Positions 37,701 through 50,224 of a DNA stretch of 64,000 nt are shown here, piece by piece. Origin of the DNA: Lama glama (Eukaryota); NCBI GenBank assembly GCA_028534125.1, contig CM052817.1, positions 33,730,001 to 33,794,000 on the forward strand. Direction: 5' to 3'. The notes beneath the pieces are model-generated. The model was not told the DNA's origin. It did no database searches and saw only the letters and a list, made by a program, of their open reading frames with translations. Each line of letters opens with the position of its first letter. Within the stretch, counting starts at the first letter, position 1. The position numbers and the translations under genes were made by a program.

Positions 37701-39189
37701 CGTTTTTTTCTTTCAAAAATGCATGCACCCAGACCCAAGTATTCGTGGTACATCTGTGAGTGCCAGAGATTTTGTTTTGGTCCCCCGATCTCTCAAGGCT
37801 CTGAGAAAGGTGTCCTGGGTACCAGGATGGGGTGACAGTCTGGAACCCACAACAGCTGGACTTGCGCCTGAAGTGCTGTGACACTTGGTTTTCATCCTCG
37901 GCTGGCCCAGGTACTCTCTCAGGGCTCCTCTTCTTCCTCGGCCAGGGAGCTTCTTCCCACACTTTGGGTTTGCAAGTTGGAAGAGGGTGGTTAGGGTGGG
38001 CCTCATGGAGAAGGTGACATTTGTGCAAGGCTTGAGGTCAGTGACAGAATGTGTTCCGAGGTCTCAGGGGAAGGGGACTCCAGAAGGATAGAAGAGCAAG
38101 TTCAAAGAATCGGAGGCAGATGTGTGCCTGGCTGGCTGGCAGATGTGCCTAGGATGGAATAAACAAAAGGGAGGGGAGAGACAGACAGAGGAGTAACCGA
38201 CACTTCGTGTGGGGATGATGTGGACCGGAGGGCCTTCCACCCCCTGCCTTGAGATTCCACATCCAGATACTGGCTGTTTGTCCATCTCATGTCCCAACTC
38301 TACTGACTGCTGCCTGGTTCCTGAGGCCTGAAGTGCACTCAGATCTGGTATTGGTGTCCCAGTGATCGGTCCAGGGAACTGGTCTCTCCCAGGGCAGGGT
38401 GTGGAGACGTGAATTCTGGTCTGGGCTAGAGGATGCGGCCACTTCAGTCCCTGGTGGGCTTCCTGATCTTTCTCAAACAGCACACCTTTACCTCAGGGGC
38501 CCCTGCACTTGGGATTCCTCATCCTCAGTCCCTCCTCCCCCACCTCGTGTGACTCGCTCCCTAGTTCACTCAGATGCGATGTCTCCAATATCATCCTCAG
38601 GCCTCAGGAAGGCTTTCCCCAACCTCCCGATGTAAGACAGCGCCTCCAACCCCCCATCCCCTTGCTCGCCTGGACGTTTTCACTACATATATGGACGTGT
38701 TTGTTGTCTGTTTCTCCCGCTTGAATACCAGCTTAGGGGCAGTTAGGACTTCATCGAGAAACCCGATGCCAGCGGGTGGTTTGGCCTCCTGGTACTTGTC
38801 TCAGTGAGTGAGTCAGGTTCCAGATTTTGGTTCCTCCCAGTCAACTCCACCCCCCTGGAGAACTAGCCTCTGCCCGTGCTGGAGTGGACAGTCCCAGGAA
38901 TTAGGAGGGGACACGCAGGCAGACAGAAGGGCACTATGGACAGCACCCCAGGAACAGCTTTCCCCAACTCCATTCTCCATCCCAAAGCGAGGAGCGTAGA
39001 GATGGAAGGCGGCGTTCACCCACATTTCACGGGAAGCAAATACAGCATGCTTTCACCTGCTCAGAATCCTACTTCCCTTGATCTTAGCAGAGCTTTAAGA
39101 GGAGTATGAAGTGCTCGTAATTTATTTAAGAGTTCTGATGATTGTTGTGAGGCAGCAATCTACTTTATTCTTACTGATTCTTCATTCTT

Positions 39190-39289
39190 TTTTTTTTTTT
39201 AACCCCCTTAACATGGGCTCTGGGGATTGAACCCAGGACCTTATGCTTGCCAAGCATGCATTCTACCACTGAGCTATACCCCCTGGCCT
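39190..39289 (-). mobile_element. tRNA-Ala-derived SINE (Vic-1-like)
   Basis: GGGGGTATAGCTCAGTGGTAGAATG...GGTTCAATCCCCAG on minus; TSD CTGA(T/G)TCTTCATTCTT 39174-39189 / 39290-39305. Confidence 0.9.
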
Positions 39290-39799
39290 CTGAGTCTTCA
39301 TTCTTGAGAAGCAGCTTTGACACTAGTAGACTGGAATTCAAATTCTGGCTCTGACACTTGCTGACATTGGGCAAATCAAGCCTTTCTGGGCCTGCCTCCT
39401 CACCTAAGACGGGCTGGGGGGAGTGGGAATCCGAGGTAGTCTCTACCTCCCACCATTGGCAGATGTGAAGTGTGGAGTACTGCCTTTGGTATGTAGTAAG
39501 TGCTTGTTTAAAGTTCAGCCCTCTCCTCCTTCCTCAGTCTTCATCCACCTCTCCCACCTTAAAAAGTCTTTTCCATGTTCTTAGTGGTCCAAGAAGTTAA
39601 TATTTGCCTGTAAACTGTGAGGATTTGAAAATACAGCGCATGATCCTTGAGTTCTTCATCATTCATTATGCACTTTGATGTTCAATGTCCTGGTCACAGG
39701 TCTAATATCTGAAAGAGCAGATCATTTAATATATATATGTATTCTTGCTGTTGGAGTCACCCTAAATTTTAGTCAGTCTTTTCACAAATGTGTAGGTAT

Positions 39800-40140
39800 G
39801 TTAGTCAAGGTATAGGCTCAGATGCTATAACAAAATACCCCCAAATACAAGAGCTTAAATATGATAGGAGCTTGTGTCTTATATAATACTCTAGAAATAG
39901 GTGGCAAATCTAGGAGGCCATCCAGAGACCTAGGTCCTTCTCTCTTGTTGCTCTGCTAGCCTCTAGGTGGTGTTTTTGTTCACATGATCAAAGCTAGAGC
40001 AATACCACTCCATAGACATCCCATTTAGAGAGAAGTAGGAGGGAGAGGAAGACCACAATGAGTCATTTTCTTTTAAGGAAATTGCATTTGAATTCCTTTG
40101 GCATAAATGTAGTCATATGACCATGACTGGCTGCAAGAGA
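39800..40140 (-). mobile_element. Old MaLR/ERVL LTR remnant
   Basis: TTAGTCAAGGTATAGGCT..GCTATAACAAAA; TAGTCATATGACCA..GGCTGCAAG. Confidence 0.55.
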
Positions 40141-41147
40141 ACTCTTGAGGGCAGTTCAGGGAACTTCCTGCCTTCTCCTGCTTGGTCCATTAAGCTAGGG
40201 AATGGCACTGTCACTGTGGACAGTGTCCTGTGGGTAATGTCTCACATTTGTTGGCTGCTCTCTCATTGATAAAGCAGGTTCACATGTATCAACAAGGCTG
40301 TAAACTAACCAAGGATGGGGCCTGAGTCTTATTTCCCTCTGTGGCCATGGCAGTGCTTTCCACATAGTAGGTCCCTTCTGCATTTCCATGGGATGAATGC
40401 TCGCGTTGGTTCTCAGGACAGCTGGGAAGGGTGGGCAGGACAGGTGCTCTCCCCAGAGAATAGGCCTGGAGACTCTGGCTCAGGGAGGCTGAGGGACAGA
40501 CTGCATGTCACAGAGCTAAGAAGCAGTGCAGCAGGGAGCGGGACAACGGTTTCCAGGTTTCTCTGTGTTTCTTACATCGCCCAGTATCTCGTTCAGTCCT
40601 TTGGCTGCCTTCTCTCTGAATCCAAAGCACTCACTCACAGGCACTTCAGAGGGCCATGTATCATTTTTTTCTCTCAGAAGAAGCCTCAGTCTTTTCTTCA
40701 AGGAATAAATTCAGAACTTGAGAGAATTGGTCTGGTTCTTACTCTCTTTCAGGAAACGTAGAAACACATCCTTTAAAAAATGCACTTCCTCTTCTTGAAA
40801 ATATAAGTGGGCCTTCTTCCCCTGCATCCTTGCTACAGAGAATTTGGTCACAGGTCTATTTTATCACTTGATTTTTCTGAAAAATGAACAGGACCAGAGA
40901 AACTTGCTTCAGAGCCCCCAAGGCCTGACCTTGTCCTGGGTCCCCAAAACCTATGTCTTTCTCTCTTTGCACAGTTGGACTGAGGTCAATTCTATCCTCT
41001 GGGGATGACCTCTGGTTCTGATTCCTATGGACCCTAAGATTCACTACCCACTTTGCCCCCAACACTGGATCCTCGTGTTCTTCCATTCCCTCTCTTGATA
41101 AATGGCACCATTTATTCGTAAAAATCCCAGGAGACACCACTTCTTCC

Positions 41148-41700
41148 TGTGGTCTGTAGACTGTAAAATGTGTCCCCCCACCCCCACCCCACGATGGTCT
41201 CCACCTCCTGATGTTCACACTCTTGATGTAATGCCCTCTGTTGAGGGTAGGTAGGATCTGTGATTTGCTCCTAACACACAGAAAATGGCAAAGGTGATGG
41301 GCTGTCACTGCTGTGATTAGGGTACATAAGACTGTCTTCTGTCTTGCTATGTCTTTCTCTCACTGACTTTGATAAAGCAAGCTGTTATGTTGGGGAGGTT
41401 CACAAGGCAAGGAGCTGAAGGCGGCCTCCAACCAATAGCCATCAAGGAATTGAGGCCCTCAAAGCCACTGAATTCTGCCAATAACCATGTGAGCTTGGAA
41501 GTGGATCCTTCTCCAGTCCAGCCTTCAGATGAGATCCCAGCCCTGGCTGATAAGCTGATTGCAGCGTAATGAGATACTTTGAAGCAGAGGTCTCCAATGA
41601 GCCTGGGTTTCTAACAGATAAGAAAGTGCAAGATAATAAGTGTGTATTGTTTTAAAGCTACTACATTGGTGTTAATTTGTTGCACAGCAGTAGATAACTA
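41148..41700 (+). mobile_element. MaLR LTR (MLT1E/F-like) inserted in L2
   Basis: GAATTCTGCCAATAACCATGTGAGCTTGGAAGTGGATCCTTCTCCAGT..GCCTTCAGATGAGA; ends TTTGTTGCACAGCAGTAGATAACTA. Confidence 0.85.
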
Positions 41701-42184
41701 GTCCATTTCATGGCGTCTCATTAGGCACCAAGTTCTATTGATTCTTCCCGTCAGACCTCTGGAATCTCTATGTTCTCCTGCACTTCTGCTGCCTCTGCCT
41801 TGTGTCAGTCCTCATCAGCCCCCATTTGAATAAGACAATTGCCTCCTGTATCAGTCAGGGTCCCAGCAGGAACCAGAGGCTGTCTCAGAGGGCCTAACTG
41901 AAGAGCCATGTGGACAGGGTTGGGGCACCCAGGGACTGGCAACAGCAAGGCACTGTTATCATCCCAGACCTAAAGGGGCAAGGGGAGTGAGCAGTGATAC
42001 CAGAGTCTGGTGGAGGCTGGCATGGCAAAGGGGTTGTCCCGCCAGAGTTGGGGCTTTAGGTAGAGAGAACACAGTTGTTGCCAAACAGTGGGAAGGCAAG
42101 AGGCACAGGTAAGTAAGTATCACAGCCGCTCTCTCCTCCTGTCCTCCAGTCTCTCAGTCTCCCACTGGGCAAACTCACTCAGAA

Positions 42185-42380
42185 GCCAGATTTGTCTTCT
42201 CCTACACTTGGAATGGGACTTATACCATCTGTACCCCTGGTTCGCAGGCCTTCTGACCCAGACTGAATTACACCGCTGGCTCTCCTGGGTCTGCAGCTTG
42301 CAGATGGCAAACTGGGACTTCTCACCCTCCATAATCATGAAAGCCAGTTCCTAATAATAACCATACTCTCTCTCTATCAA
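42185..42380 (+). mobile_element. ERVL MLT2-type LTR fragment
   Basis: GACTGAATTACACC..CTCTCCTGGGTCTGCAGCTTGCAGATGGCA..GGGACTTCTCA.CCTCCATAATCATG. Confidence 0.8.
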
Positions 42381-42383
42381 TAT

Positions 42384-42407
42384 TGTGTGTGTGTGTGTGT
42401 GTGTGTG
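42384..42407. repeat. (TG)12 microsatellite
   Basis: Read directly. Confidence 0.95.
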
Positions 42408-42759
42408 CCATCTGGGAAACCTAGCACTTTGACTTGGAACCTATGTTTGCTGGTCACCTCTTTTTTGTCTTAAGAGCAGAGGCTTCGGTTTATTTGTCCT
42501 TTTATCCCCAAGGGTCCAGCACAAATAGAACCCAAGTTGTTCCTGGCATCACAGCAAGCCCTGTGGTGTGAGAAAGCCCTCACTCAGGTGGTGCAGCAGA
42601 GAGGTGGGGAGCGGTCAGTGGACTGATGCCAGGATGTGGGGTTGGGGGCAGCAGTGGGGTCTGCTAGTCCTGGCCTCCTGGATTGGGAGAGGAAGGGAGT
42701 GTGAAATTGTTGTTTCCCATTTAAAAACACCTGCTCCCGGGTCAATCTGCTTCCTTGAG

Positions 42760-42807
42760 ACAGGCTCAGCAAGTATTTTTAGAACAGGCTCAGCAAGTAT
42801 TTTTAGA
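42760..42807. repeat. Perfect 24-bp tandem duplication
   Basis: ACAGGCTCAGCAAGTATTTTTAGA x2. Confidence 0.95.
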
Positions 42808-43852
42808 AGAATACAAGAAGGGTCAGGACTTCTAGACATTAGTTTTAGTAATTATTAACCGCACTTCCACTCTGAAAAGGGTCCTGTTTTGGACAGTAAA
42901 TTAATTGATCATACTACCCATAGAAAACGGCTGTGGCTGCACCCACCCCCACTACGTAATGCAGAAGGTGGGGAGAATCAGGACTGCAGTATGTTGGGGG
43001 CTCCCCTCTCCTCTGTTGGCACAGGAGAGCTGGATACTCAGAGAGCCAGGAAGGGTACCCTCATCCCATTCAACAACCTGCAGCCTGCCACGCCCCTGCC
43101 CTCCAAGTACCCCTCCACTTGTCTAGCCTTCAGTGCATCTCGCTTCCCAGGTCCCAGGACAAATTCCTCTGGTACTAGAGGCTGCCACAGATGCCCAGTC
43201 AGTTGGGACCTTGACCTTCCCATCTCTTTCAGCCCCCTTTTCCTGGACCCAGCTTCCTGATCCTTCTCTGACCTCTGGCACTCACATTTTTGCCAAGAGG
43301 CTCACTCCATGTCCCACACGCTTGGCTCAGACCGTTTGAGTCCCAGCATGACGTTGGACTTGAGTTCATCCCACCACCTGGCCTTGGAGCCAGGCTCCTG
43401 GACCTTCCCTGGGAAGGCTCGCCCTGTACTCTCTTGGACGCTTTTCTCTCACTTCCACCTGGAGTAGGTCCTGCAATTCCCAGAGTACCCTGTGACCAAG
43501 ACTGTCTGGATTATAACAAGATTTGGCATAGACTGTGCTGAAATAAATGAGAAAAACTGATAGGGCTAGGAGTGGTGAGTTCCATGAGATTCATTCATTT
43601 GCTCATTTATTCCTAAATTTGCTCAAACATCATTGAAATATCTAGCAACACAGTTCTGGATCCACAATAGATATTTGTGGGATTGTACAGATAGGGGGCA
43701 GGAACAGGGCTTCTGAGAGTTGGGGACACAGCAACCTGAATCCCTTTCCCACTCACCTTGGGGTGTCGAGTCCCCTCAGGACTCAGGAAGGATGGAGTGT
43801 GATGTATGTAGCGCATGAGCTACATGACTCTGGGGATAATCATAATGTTGAG

Positions 43853-44008
43853 TTTTTTTTTAAATAAATTTTTTTTCAGGGAGCCAGTAATTAGGTTTAC
43901 TTATTTATTTTTTAAATAATTTTTTTAAAAACAAAGGTACTGGAGATTGAACCTAGGATATCATGCATGCTAAGCATGCAGTCTACCACTGAGCTCTTCA
44001 CACCCCAC
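43853..44008 (-). mobile_element. tRNA-Ala-derived SINE (Vic-1-like)
   Basis: GGTACTGGAGATTGAACCTAGG..GCATGCTAAGCATGCAGTCTACCACTGAGCT; tail GTAATTAGGTTTA. Confidence 0.9.
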
Positions 44009-44182
44009 CAAGATCTTTTTTTGCTCTGGCTTGGAGTTTCTAAGAAGCATGTCTTCCTGGCCCTTTTCTACTCCCAATTACTCCTTGCTTGATCTGCTCC
44101 AGGCCTGGCCATTCACACAAAGGACCTGACTCCTCATTCTATGTAAGTCAAAGTAAAAGAGAACGCTATTAAGGGCGTATTT

Positions 44183-44341
44183 CTTTTTTTTTCTTTTTTT
44201 AATTGAAGTACAGTCAGTTATGATGTGTCAATTTCTGGTGTACTGCATAATGTCCCAGCCATGCATAGACATACATGTAGTTGTTTTCATTTCTTTTTCA
44301 TTAAAGGTTATTACAACCTATTGAATATAGTTCCCTGTTCA
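44183..44341 (-). mobile_element. Short L1 3'UTR fragment
   Basis: Poly(T), AATTGAAGTACAGTCAGTT...TTGAATATAGTTCCCTGT; G(C/T)GTATTTC on both flanks. Confidence 0.85.
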
Positions 44342-44717
44342 GTGTGTATTTCAAGCATTGGCAGATAAGGCTTTGGACAAGGGTAGAAGTGAGTAGAAAT
44401 GCACACAGTAGAGTGGGAACCGACAGAAAGGAAGTGGGTCCCCGGGGGTCGGTGGCACCAAAATCTAGAGAGGCCCGGACGGCTTCCCTGAAGGACGGCT
44501 CAGAGCTGGCTTCTGCGTGGAGTCCTGGGCAGCCTTAGACAGCGGTTGGCTCCTCCAGCAGCACATCCTGAAAAGAATCATTCTCCCATTGCTGACTGCC
44601 ACACCCACTGCCCTCTGGGAGACCAGGAGCAGGGAGGGGTTCAGTTTCTTGCCTTTTCCCCATTTCTTGCTCCTGGAGGGAAAATGAAAAGGAGAGTGCC
44701 AGCCAGAGACTTCAAAG

Positions 44718-45229
44718 TGTTGCTGGAGTATAGGTTCTTGTCTTGTGCAGGAGACAGAATTCAAGAGTGAGGCAAAGTAAAGTGAAAGTAAGTTTATTTA
44801 GAGAGATACACACTCCACAGGCAAGGTGCAGGCCATCTCAAAAGGTGAGGGAGAGACCAAGAGATGCGGGGGTGTTTAGTTTAAAGTAAAAGTAGGTACA
44901 CTCTCCATAGACATATTGTGGGCCATCTCAGAAGGCAAGAGAGAGAGCGACCATGAGATGCAGAGTTAGTTTTTATAGGCTCCGTAATTCCATATGCTAA
45001 TGCTTAGGAGGATTATTCCAACTACTTTGGGGAAGGGGCAAAGATTTCCAGGAATTGGGCCCCCACCCACTTTTTGACCTTTTGTGTTCAGCCTGTGAGT
45101 GCACCATGAGCCTCAGAGTCTACTGGAAGTGGGACCTTCCACCATCCTGGTTGTAACCAGTTTGTCCTGCCCTTGGTTGCTGTGTCATTCCTTCAGTGCT
45201 TGTGCCCTGTCCCCTTCCCTCCTGTCTCA
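44718..45229 (-). mobile_element. ERV1 solo LTR, MER41-like
   Basis: TG...CA ends (minus: TGAGACAGGAGGGAAGGGG ... CTCCAGCAACA); flanks AAAG/AAAC; minus-strand TATA box 44971-44978 and AATAAA 44793-44798; tandem GAS-like pair as in MER41. Confidence 0.8.
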
Positions 45230-46119
45230 AAACCATATTAAGTCCAGGGCTACCTGAGTCTGATCATCAATGCAGAGTCCTTCGTTTGTGTATCCAAACT
45301 TCCGGTGAAGGGCAGGCTAATCTAGTGCTATTATTTACAGCTAAATTATCGATTGAGTAGCTATGTGTATCTACCACAGCTTACTCTGTTCAATATGAGT
45401 GTTAACTTATTCAGTGAATATCCCTAAGGAAGATGCCCATAGTTCCTTAGAAGGTTGTACAGGATCCCTTTCTTTTTCTTCCAAATTATTTTAAAATGCA
45501 ACAGTTGGGGCATTTTTCAAGCATTTTAAAGTTATTATTGGATGCTTCTTACAACTTACCAGAGAGTGGCAACATTTACGAGGGTCTCCCCAAATGTACG
45601 CTAGGACTTTTATTTTCATTTTGAAGGAACTCAAATAAATGTAAGGATCCTAAGGAGGGTGCAAATGGTTTTAAGAGAGAGATGTTAAGAAAATGTAAAT
45701 GTTCCATTTTACATTATTAACGAAGACAGCTAAAGAGCTGTCCTGGCAGCGAGCACCCCTTTCAGAGTGTCTTAAGTATGTCTGTGCCAAGAACACTGGG
45801 TGAAGGGGAGAGTGGGCACCCCGACCCTGTAGTTGTCCATTCCTATTGAATTCCAGCCTCACATCTAGTCCCAGTGACCCAGGGATGAGCCATATTAAAA
45901 GGGATCCCCCTCCTCATTCCTGTTAGTTTCTCTGATCATCTGACTTTCCCTTCCCATGTGTAAGACGGTTGAGAGAGAGTGGGTGGTTAATTTCAACAGC
46001 CAAATAACCAGAGTCTGGGATTGCTTCTGGGGATTAGAGCCCTAGGAGTATGGTGGGGTGGAGGTGGACTGGGGAGCCTCTAACAAGCTTGATAGCACAT
46101 AATCTTGAATGCCTAAGCA

Positions 46120-47210
46120 TCTCAGCACTGCCTCATTTATTGGGATTCTTGCCATGCCTGTGTTCTAGAGTGGGAACCAAACAAAAATCCTTGTTCTCAT
46201 GGACCTTACCTTCTAATGGAGGCTATAGGCAGACAATGAACCACATACATAAGTCAAGTACATGGTAAATTTGAATGTAATAATGCAATGGAAAAAAAAA
46301 TAAAATAAAGAAAGGACATAGGGAGTGCCAGGGCAGGGGACTGTGATTGCAATTTTGAAAAGGGTGGGTCAAGTTGGCCTCAATGAGAATACACCATTTA
46401 AGCAAAAACTTCAGAGAAATGAAGGCATCAGGAGTGCAGAGAAGGGGGAAAGTGTCTTGGCAGAGGGCAGGTGAGCAGAGGCCCAGAGACAAGAACATAC
46501 CTGGAGGACCCAGTGGCCACTGCAGAGGCCAGGGTGATTAGGTCAGAGGTTCGTCAGGGGCCATAAGGGGCAGGGGGGGAGATTAGGTCAGAGGTGTGTC
46601 AGGGGCCATAAGGACTTGAAAGCGGCTGGGGAGACGGATTTTTCTGAGCAATTTGGGAAATGGGGTGAGTGTTTTTGGCAGTGGAGTGACATGATCTGAC
46701 TTATTTTAACGGATAACTCTGTGTGGAGAACAGCTATGGGGAGGAGGTGAGACCAGAAGCAGGGAGGACAGTTAGGAGGCTACTGAGATAATCCAGGCCC
46801 GAGAGAGCATGGCTTGGACCAGGGGAGGGTTTCTCCACCTGCTCACTATTGATATTTTAGGCTGGACAGCTTGTTGTGAGGGGTGGTCCTGTGTTTTGAG
46901 GAATGTTTGGCAGCATCCCTGGCCTCTATCCATTAGATGCCAGTAGTGCCCTCCTAATCGTGACAACCCAAAGTGCCTCCAGATGTTGCTGAATATCCAC
47001 TGGGAGGTGAAATTAGCAAACATAGGGGACAACCCCTGGCCTAGCGTGACAGCGTGGAGGTATGAGAAGTGATCTGATTAAGGATTTGTTGAGTTTAGCG
47101 AGACAGAGGAGTTAAGGCCTGAATGACTTGAGGGACGGAGCTACCATTGACGGAGATGAGGAAGACCATTTGGGAGATAAGTGTGAAGGCAGGGCTGTCT
47201 GGGGTCCACA
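46120..47210 (-). mobile_element. LINE-2 fragment interrupted by MER20
   Basis: GGAGTGACATGATCTGACTT..TTTTAA.GGATAACTCT; CAGTTAGGAGGCTACTG..ATAATCCAGG. Confidence 0.8.
46825..47038 (+). mobile_element. MER20 hAT-Charlie MITE
   Basis: GGAATGTTTGGCAGCATCCCTGGCCTCTATCCATTAGATGCCAGTAG..GTGACAACCCAAA. Confidence 0.9.
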
Positions 47211-47302
47211 TGAGATGTCTGCACTGGAGTGAAAGACATGCATTACTAATTGCTTTTACATAATTTTAGAAGAGGCAGAAAGGAGTTCGTGGTTAAGATC
47301 AC

Positions 47303-47445
47303 GAAGCTATTGTGTGTGCTTAGCATGCACAAGGTCCTGGGTTCAGTCCCCAATACCTTCTAAATAAATAAGTTAGTAAAGAAAGAAAGAATTTTTTTTA
47401 TTACCTCCCTGCTCTACTTACCTCCCCTCAAAAAATAAACAAAAA
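47303..47445 (+). mobile_element. 5'-truncated Vic-1-like SINE
   Basis: GTGCTTAGCATGCACAAGGTCCTGGGTTCAGTCCCC..AAATAAATAA..TTACCTCCC; AAGATCAC on both flanks. Confidence 0.85.
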
Positions 47446-48959
47446 AAGATCACAGAGATATTAATGGTGTTACAGTGGTCACAGGGAAGGAAGCATTGCC
47501 AAAGGGTCTGAGGACCTTGAGATCATAGACTTATTCTACGAGCTCAAGCACACTCAGGTTTGAGTCTTAGAGTAACATGCATCTTATCTCAATGAGGGTT
47601 AGTGTCCACTTTGCACTTTAGATTCTTTCTGTTAGGAGATGTCACCAGAATATCTCTGGACCTTTAGAACCAAAGCAGTGGGCAAGAGCCAAGCCTCTAC
47701 ACTCTATAGCCTTGGGTCAACATTGCATTATTTACTACTGCACATTTGCTTTAATTATTCAATATTTGGTTCTACCCTATCAAAGAGGACAGGATGGTTT
47801 GGAGAAGTACCTGGCACCCTAACACTTTGCGTATCTGATATAACAAACTGAAAAAAATCATTTTCCCTTGGTTACAAAAATTTCATTGTGCTGTACCTAC
47901 AATTCCTTGGCTATAGCCTGAGCTAAGAAGTATTTTGCTGAAGCACAGGTATATACAGAAACTTCTTATTTGTCTGAAGATATAAGCAACCGAGGAAGTT
48001 TGGAACACGTGGCTAAGACTGTTCTCTTGGTTTCCTTGTCAGTTTCTCTTGCTGTTCTGCAGGGGATGTGTTGCTTTGTGTGTGGTTTCTGCTGCTCCTC
48101 TCTTCCTAAACTTTCAGAAGAAGCTCTTCCTACTTCACTGTTGAACAATTTTCCCAAGAGAATATGGTGCCCTGTTTTTCCATTAGTCAGAAGATCTTTT
48201 AATGCCTGGAGAGACAATAAAATCTCTCTATTTCAGAATGTAGGTGGCAGGGGAGTGGAGTTAGGAGGGAGAGAGAGGAAAAGCCCTAACTTTAATGAAA
48301 ATTCAGAGCTAAAGAATTTTGGTTTTACTTTATTTCTTTTAAGTAAATATAATAACAAAAACTAAGCTAATAAAAATTCTTTAAGTAGGAGTCCTGCTGG
48401 AATACACTTTAATAAGTGTGAGAAATATGTAATGTTTGCACATTATTGCTGAAGTGCTTTTTAAAAATATCCTGCAAAGAGAATTTTTTTGAGTGTCTAT
48501 GTTATTAATTAAATTGGTACATTAAATAAATGCAATTCCACAAAGTCTGTTAGTGGGTTACAGTCAATAACGATGACCCTAAGGCTTGCCCACTTGCCTC
48601 GCTGAGGTGATCCCTGTGACAGAGGGATGATATTTTAAACATAAATTAAGGTTAAGAATAACAGAAATAATTAATCATAAGGGCTTTGTGTTATTTTTTT
48701 TCAAATTTATGCTATAGGTCCGTTAAATCATAAGATTATTTTACCTTTTTAAGTTCAGATAAACTAAGCATTGCTCTGTTTTTATTTGTTTGTTTGTTTT
48801 TCATCTGTTTAAAGCAGCACAGGCAGAATTGCCTACATTATATTCAGGGCCTAAGAACTGGTGTCTTCACTTTCTTACCACATCCTCAGCAAAACCACTG
48901 CGAGAAGTCTTCCTAATTCCCCCAAACAAAATGTTTGTAGACATTTAGGAGACTTCTAG

Positions 48960-49152
48960 AGTCTGTCCAACAGAACTTTCTGCTGTGATGGAAATGTTTT
49001 GTATCTGCTCAGTCCAATATGGCAGCCACCAGCCAGATGGGGCTTTTGAGCACTTGAAATATGACTAGTGCTGATGAGCTGACTTTTTAATTTAAATTGA
49101 TTTTAATTTTGATAGCTATATGTAGCTCACAGCTAACATATTGGACAACTCC
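48960..49152. mobile_element. MER3-type hAT-Charlie MITE
   Basis: CTGTCCAACAGAACTTTCTGCTGTGATGGAAATGTT..TCCAATATGGCAGCCAC..ATATTGGACA. Confidence 0.9.
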
Positions 49153-50224
49153 GATTCTAGACAGTGTACTAAAGAAACAGAATTCTATATAAACTTCAGA
49201 TCATCCTTTCCCTCTTTCTTCTCCTCTGCATCTCTGCCATTCTTCTAGCCTTCCTTCCTTAAACATGCTCTGAGTACCTCCCACATGTAGGCTCTGTGCT
49301 TGGTACCAGGGAGTAGATATTAGAGAGATTTCTCTGCCTTCAAGGAATTAACAAAGGTTGGATGACAGTGACAGGGTGTAGGAAGAACAGGTATATAGTC
49401 AGGGCCCAATGAGCACATGGGTATGGTTCTCATCCTCAAATATTTTTATACCACAGGTACCCAATTTCGCTAAATTTTATTTTTTAATGTTGATTATTCA
49501 TTAAAATCATCATCAAAAGTAGCCCAGTGAGGTATATCAAGAAAAGTCAATGAAGGATGGGTGACTTTGAGATCCTAGGGATGTGGAATGAAGAAACAGA
49601 GAAATAGGAATAAGAGGAACTGGGGGTTAGTCAGGGAGGGAGAGGAAGGGGAGGCTCTGGTTAGAGGGGTAATGCGATAGGTTTAAATGAGTGAGGACTG
49701 AGGAGGCCAGGGAAGAACTGGTGCAGGAGCTTGCAGAGCATGAGGCTGGGAGTCTAGAGGGAAGCATGAGTTCTTGGGTCACAGTTTGTCTTGGCCTGAG
49801 AATTATGCCAAGAAATCTAGTCAGGAAGGTCCTTGGCTCTTTTGTATACACCATTGCAAAAGGGTGTTCTGGGATGGACCCAGAATAGCCAGGAATTAAA
49901 TAGAGGCTGACAACATGTTGGCCAGCCAGCCAGAAGGAAGCCTGGGTCCATGTCTCAGGACCTCCAGTGTGTCCTTGTTCCTTGTACTCTGATTGCTGTC
50001 TGGGTGTGACGTTTCCAATGAGTCATCTCTGAAAAGGACAGCAAACAATTCTGCTTTGGGCACATATTTATGGAATGAGGGAATTAAAGGAAAAGACCTG
50101 GGTTCCTGTGAGTAAGTTAAAGAAGACAATACCCAGTACTTGAGCAATGGTTGCGAAAGAGGTGGAGGGTCTAAGACAGCAGATGTCATATTGAAGATTT
50201 GCTGGGCACCAAGAGTTCTAGTCA

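Noticed and set aside
14874..47445. tRNA-Ala-like sequences as real tRNA genes
   Set aside because: Each has stem mismatches, an A-rich tail and often TSDs, so they are SINE copies
47966..48205. Minus-strand acceptor followed by a ~79-codon open frame as a terminal exon
   Set aside because: Peptide unrecognised and no supported upstream exon
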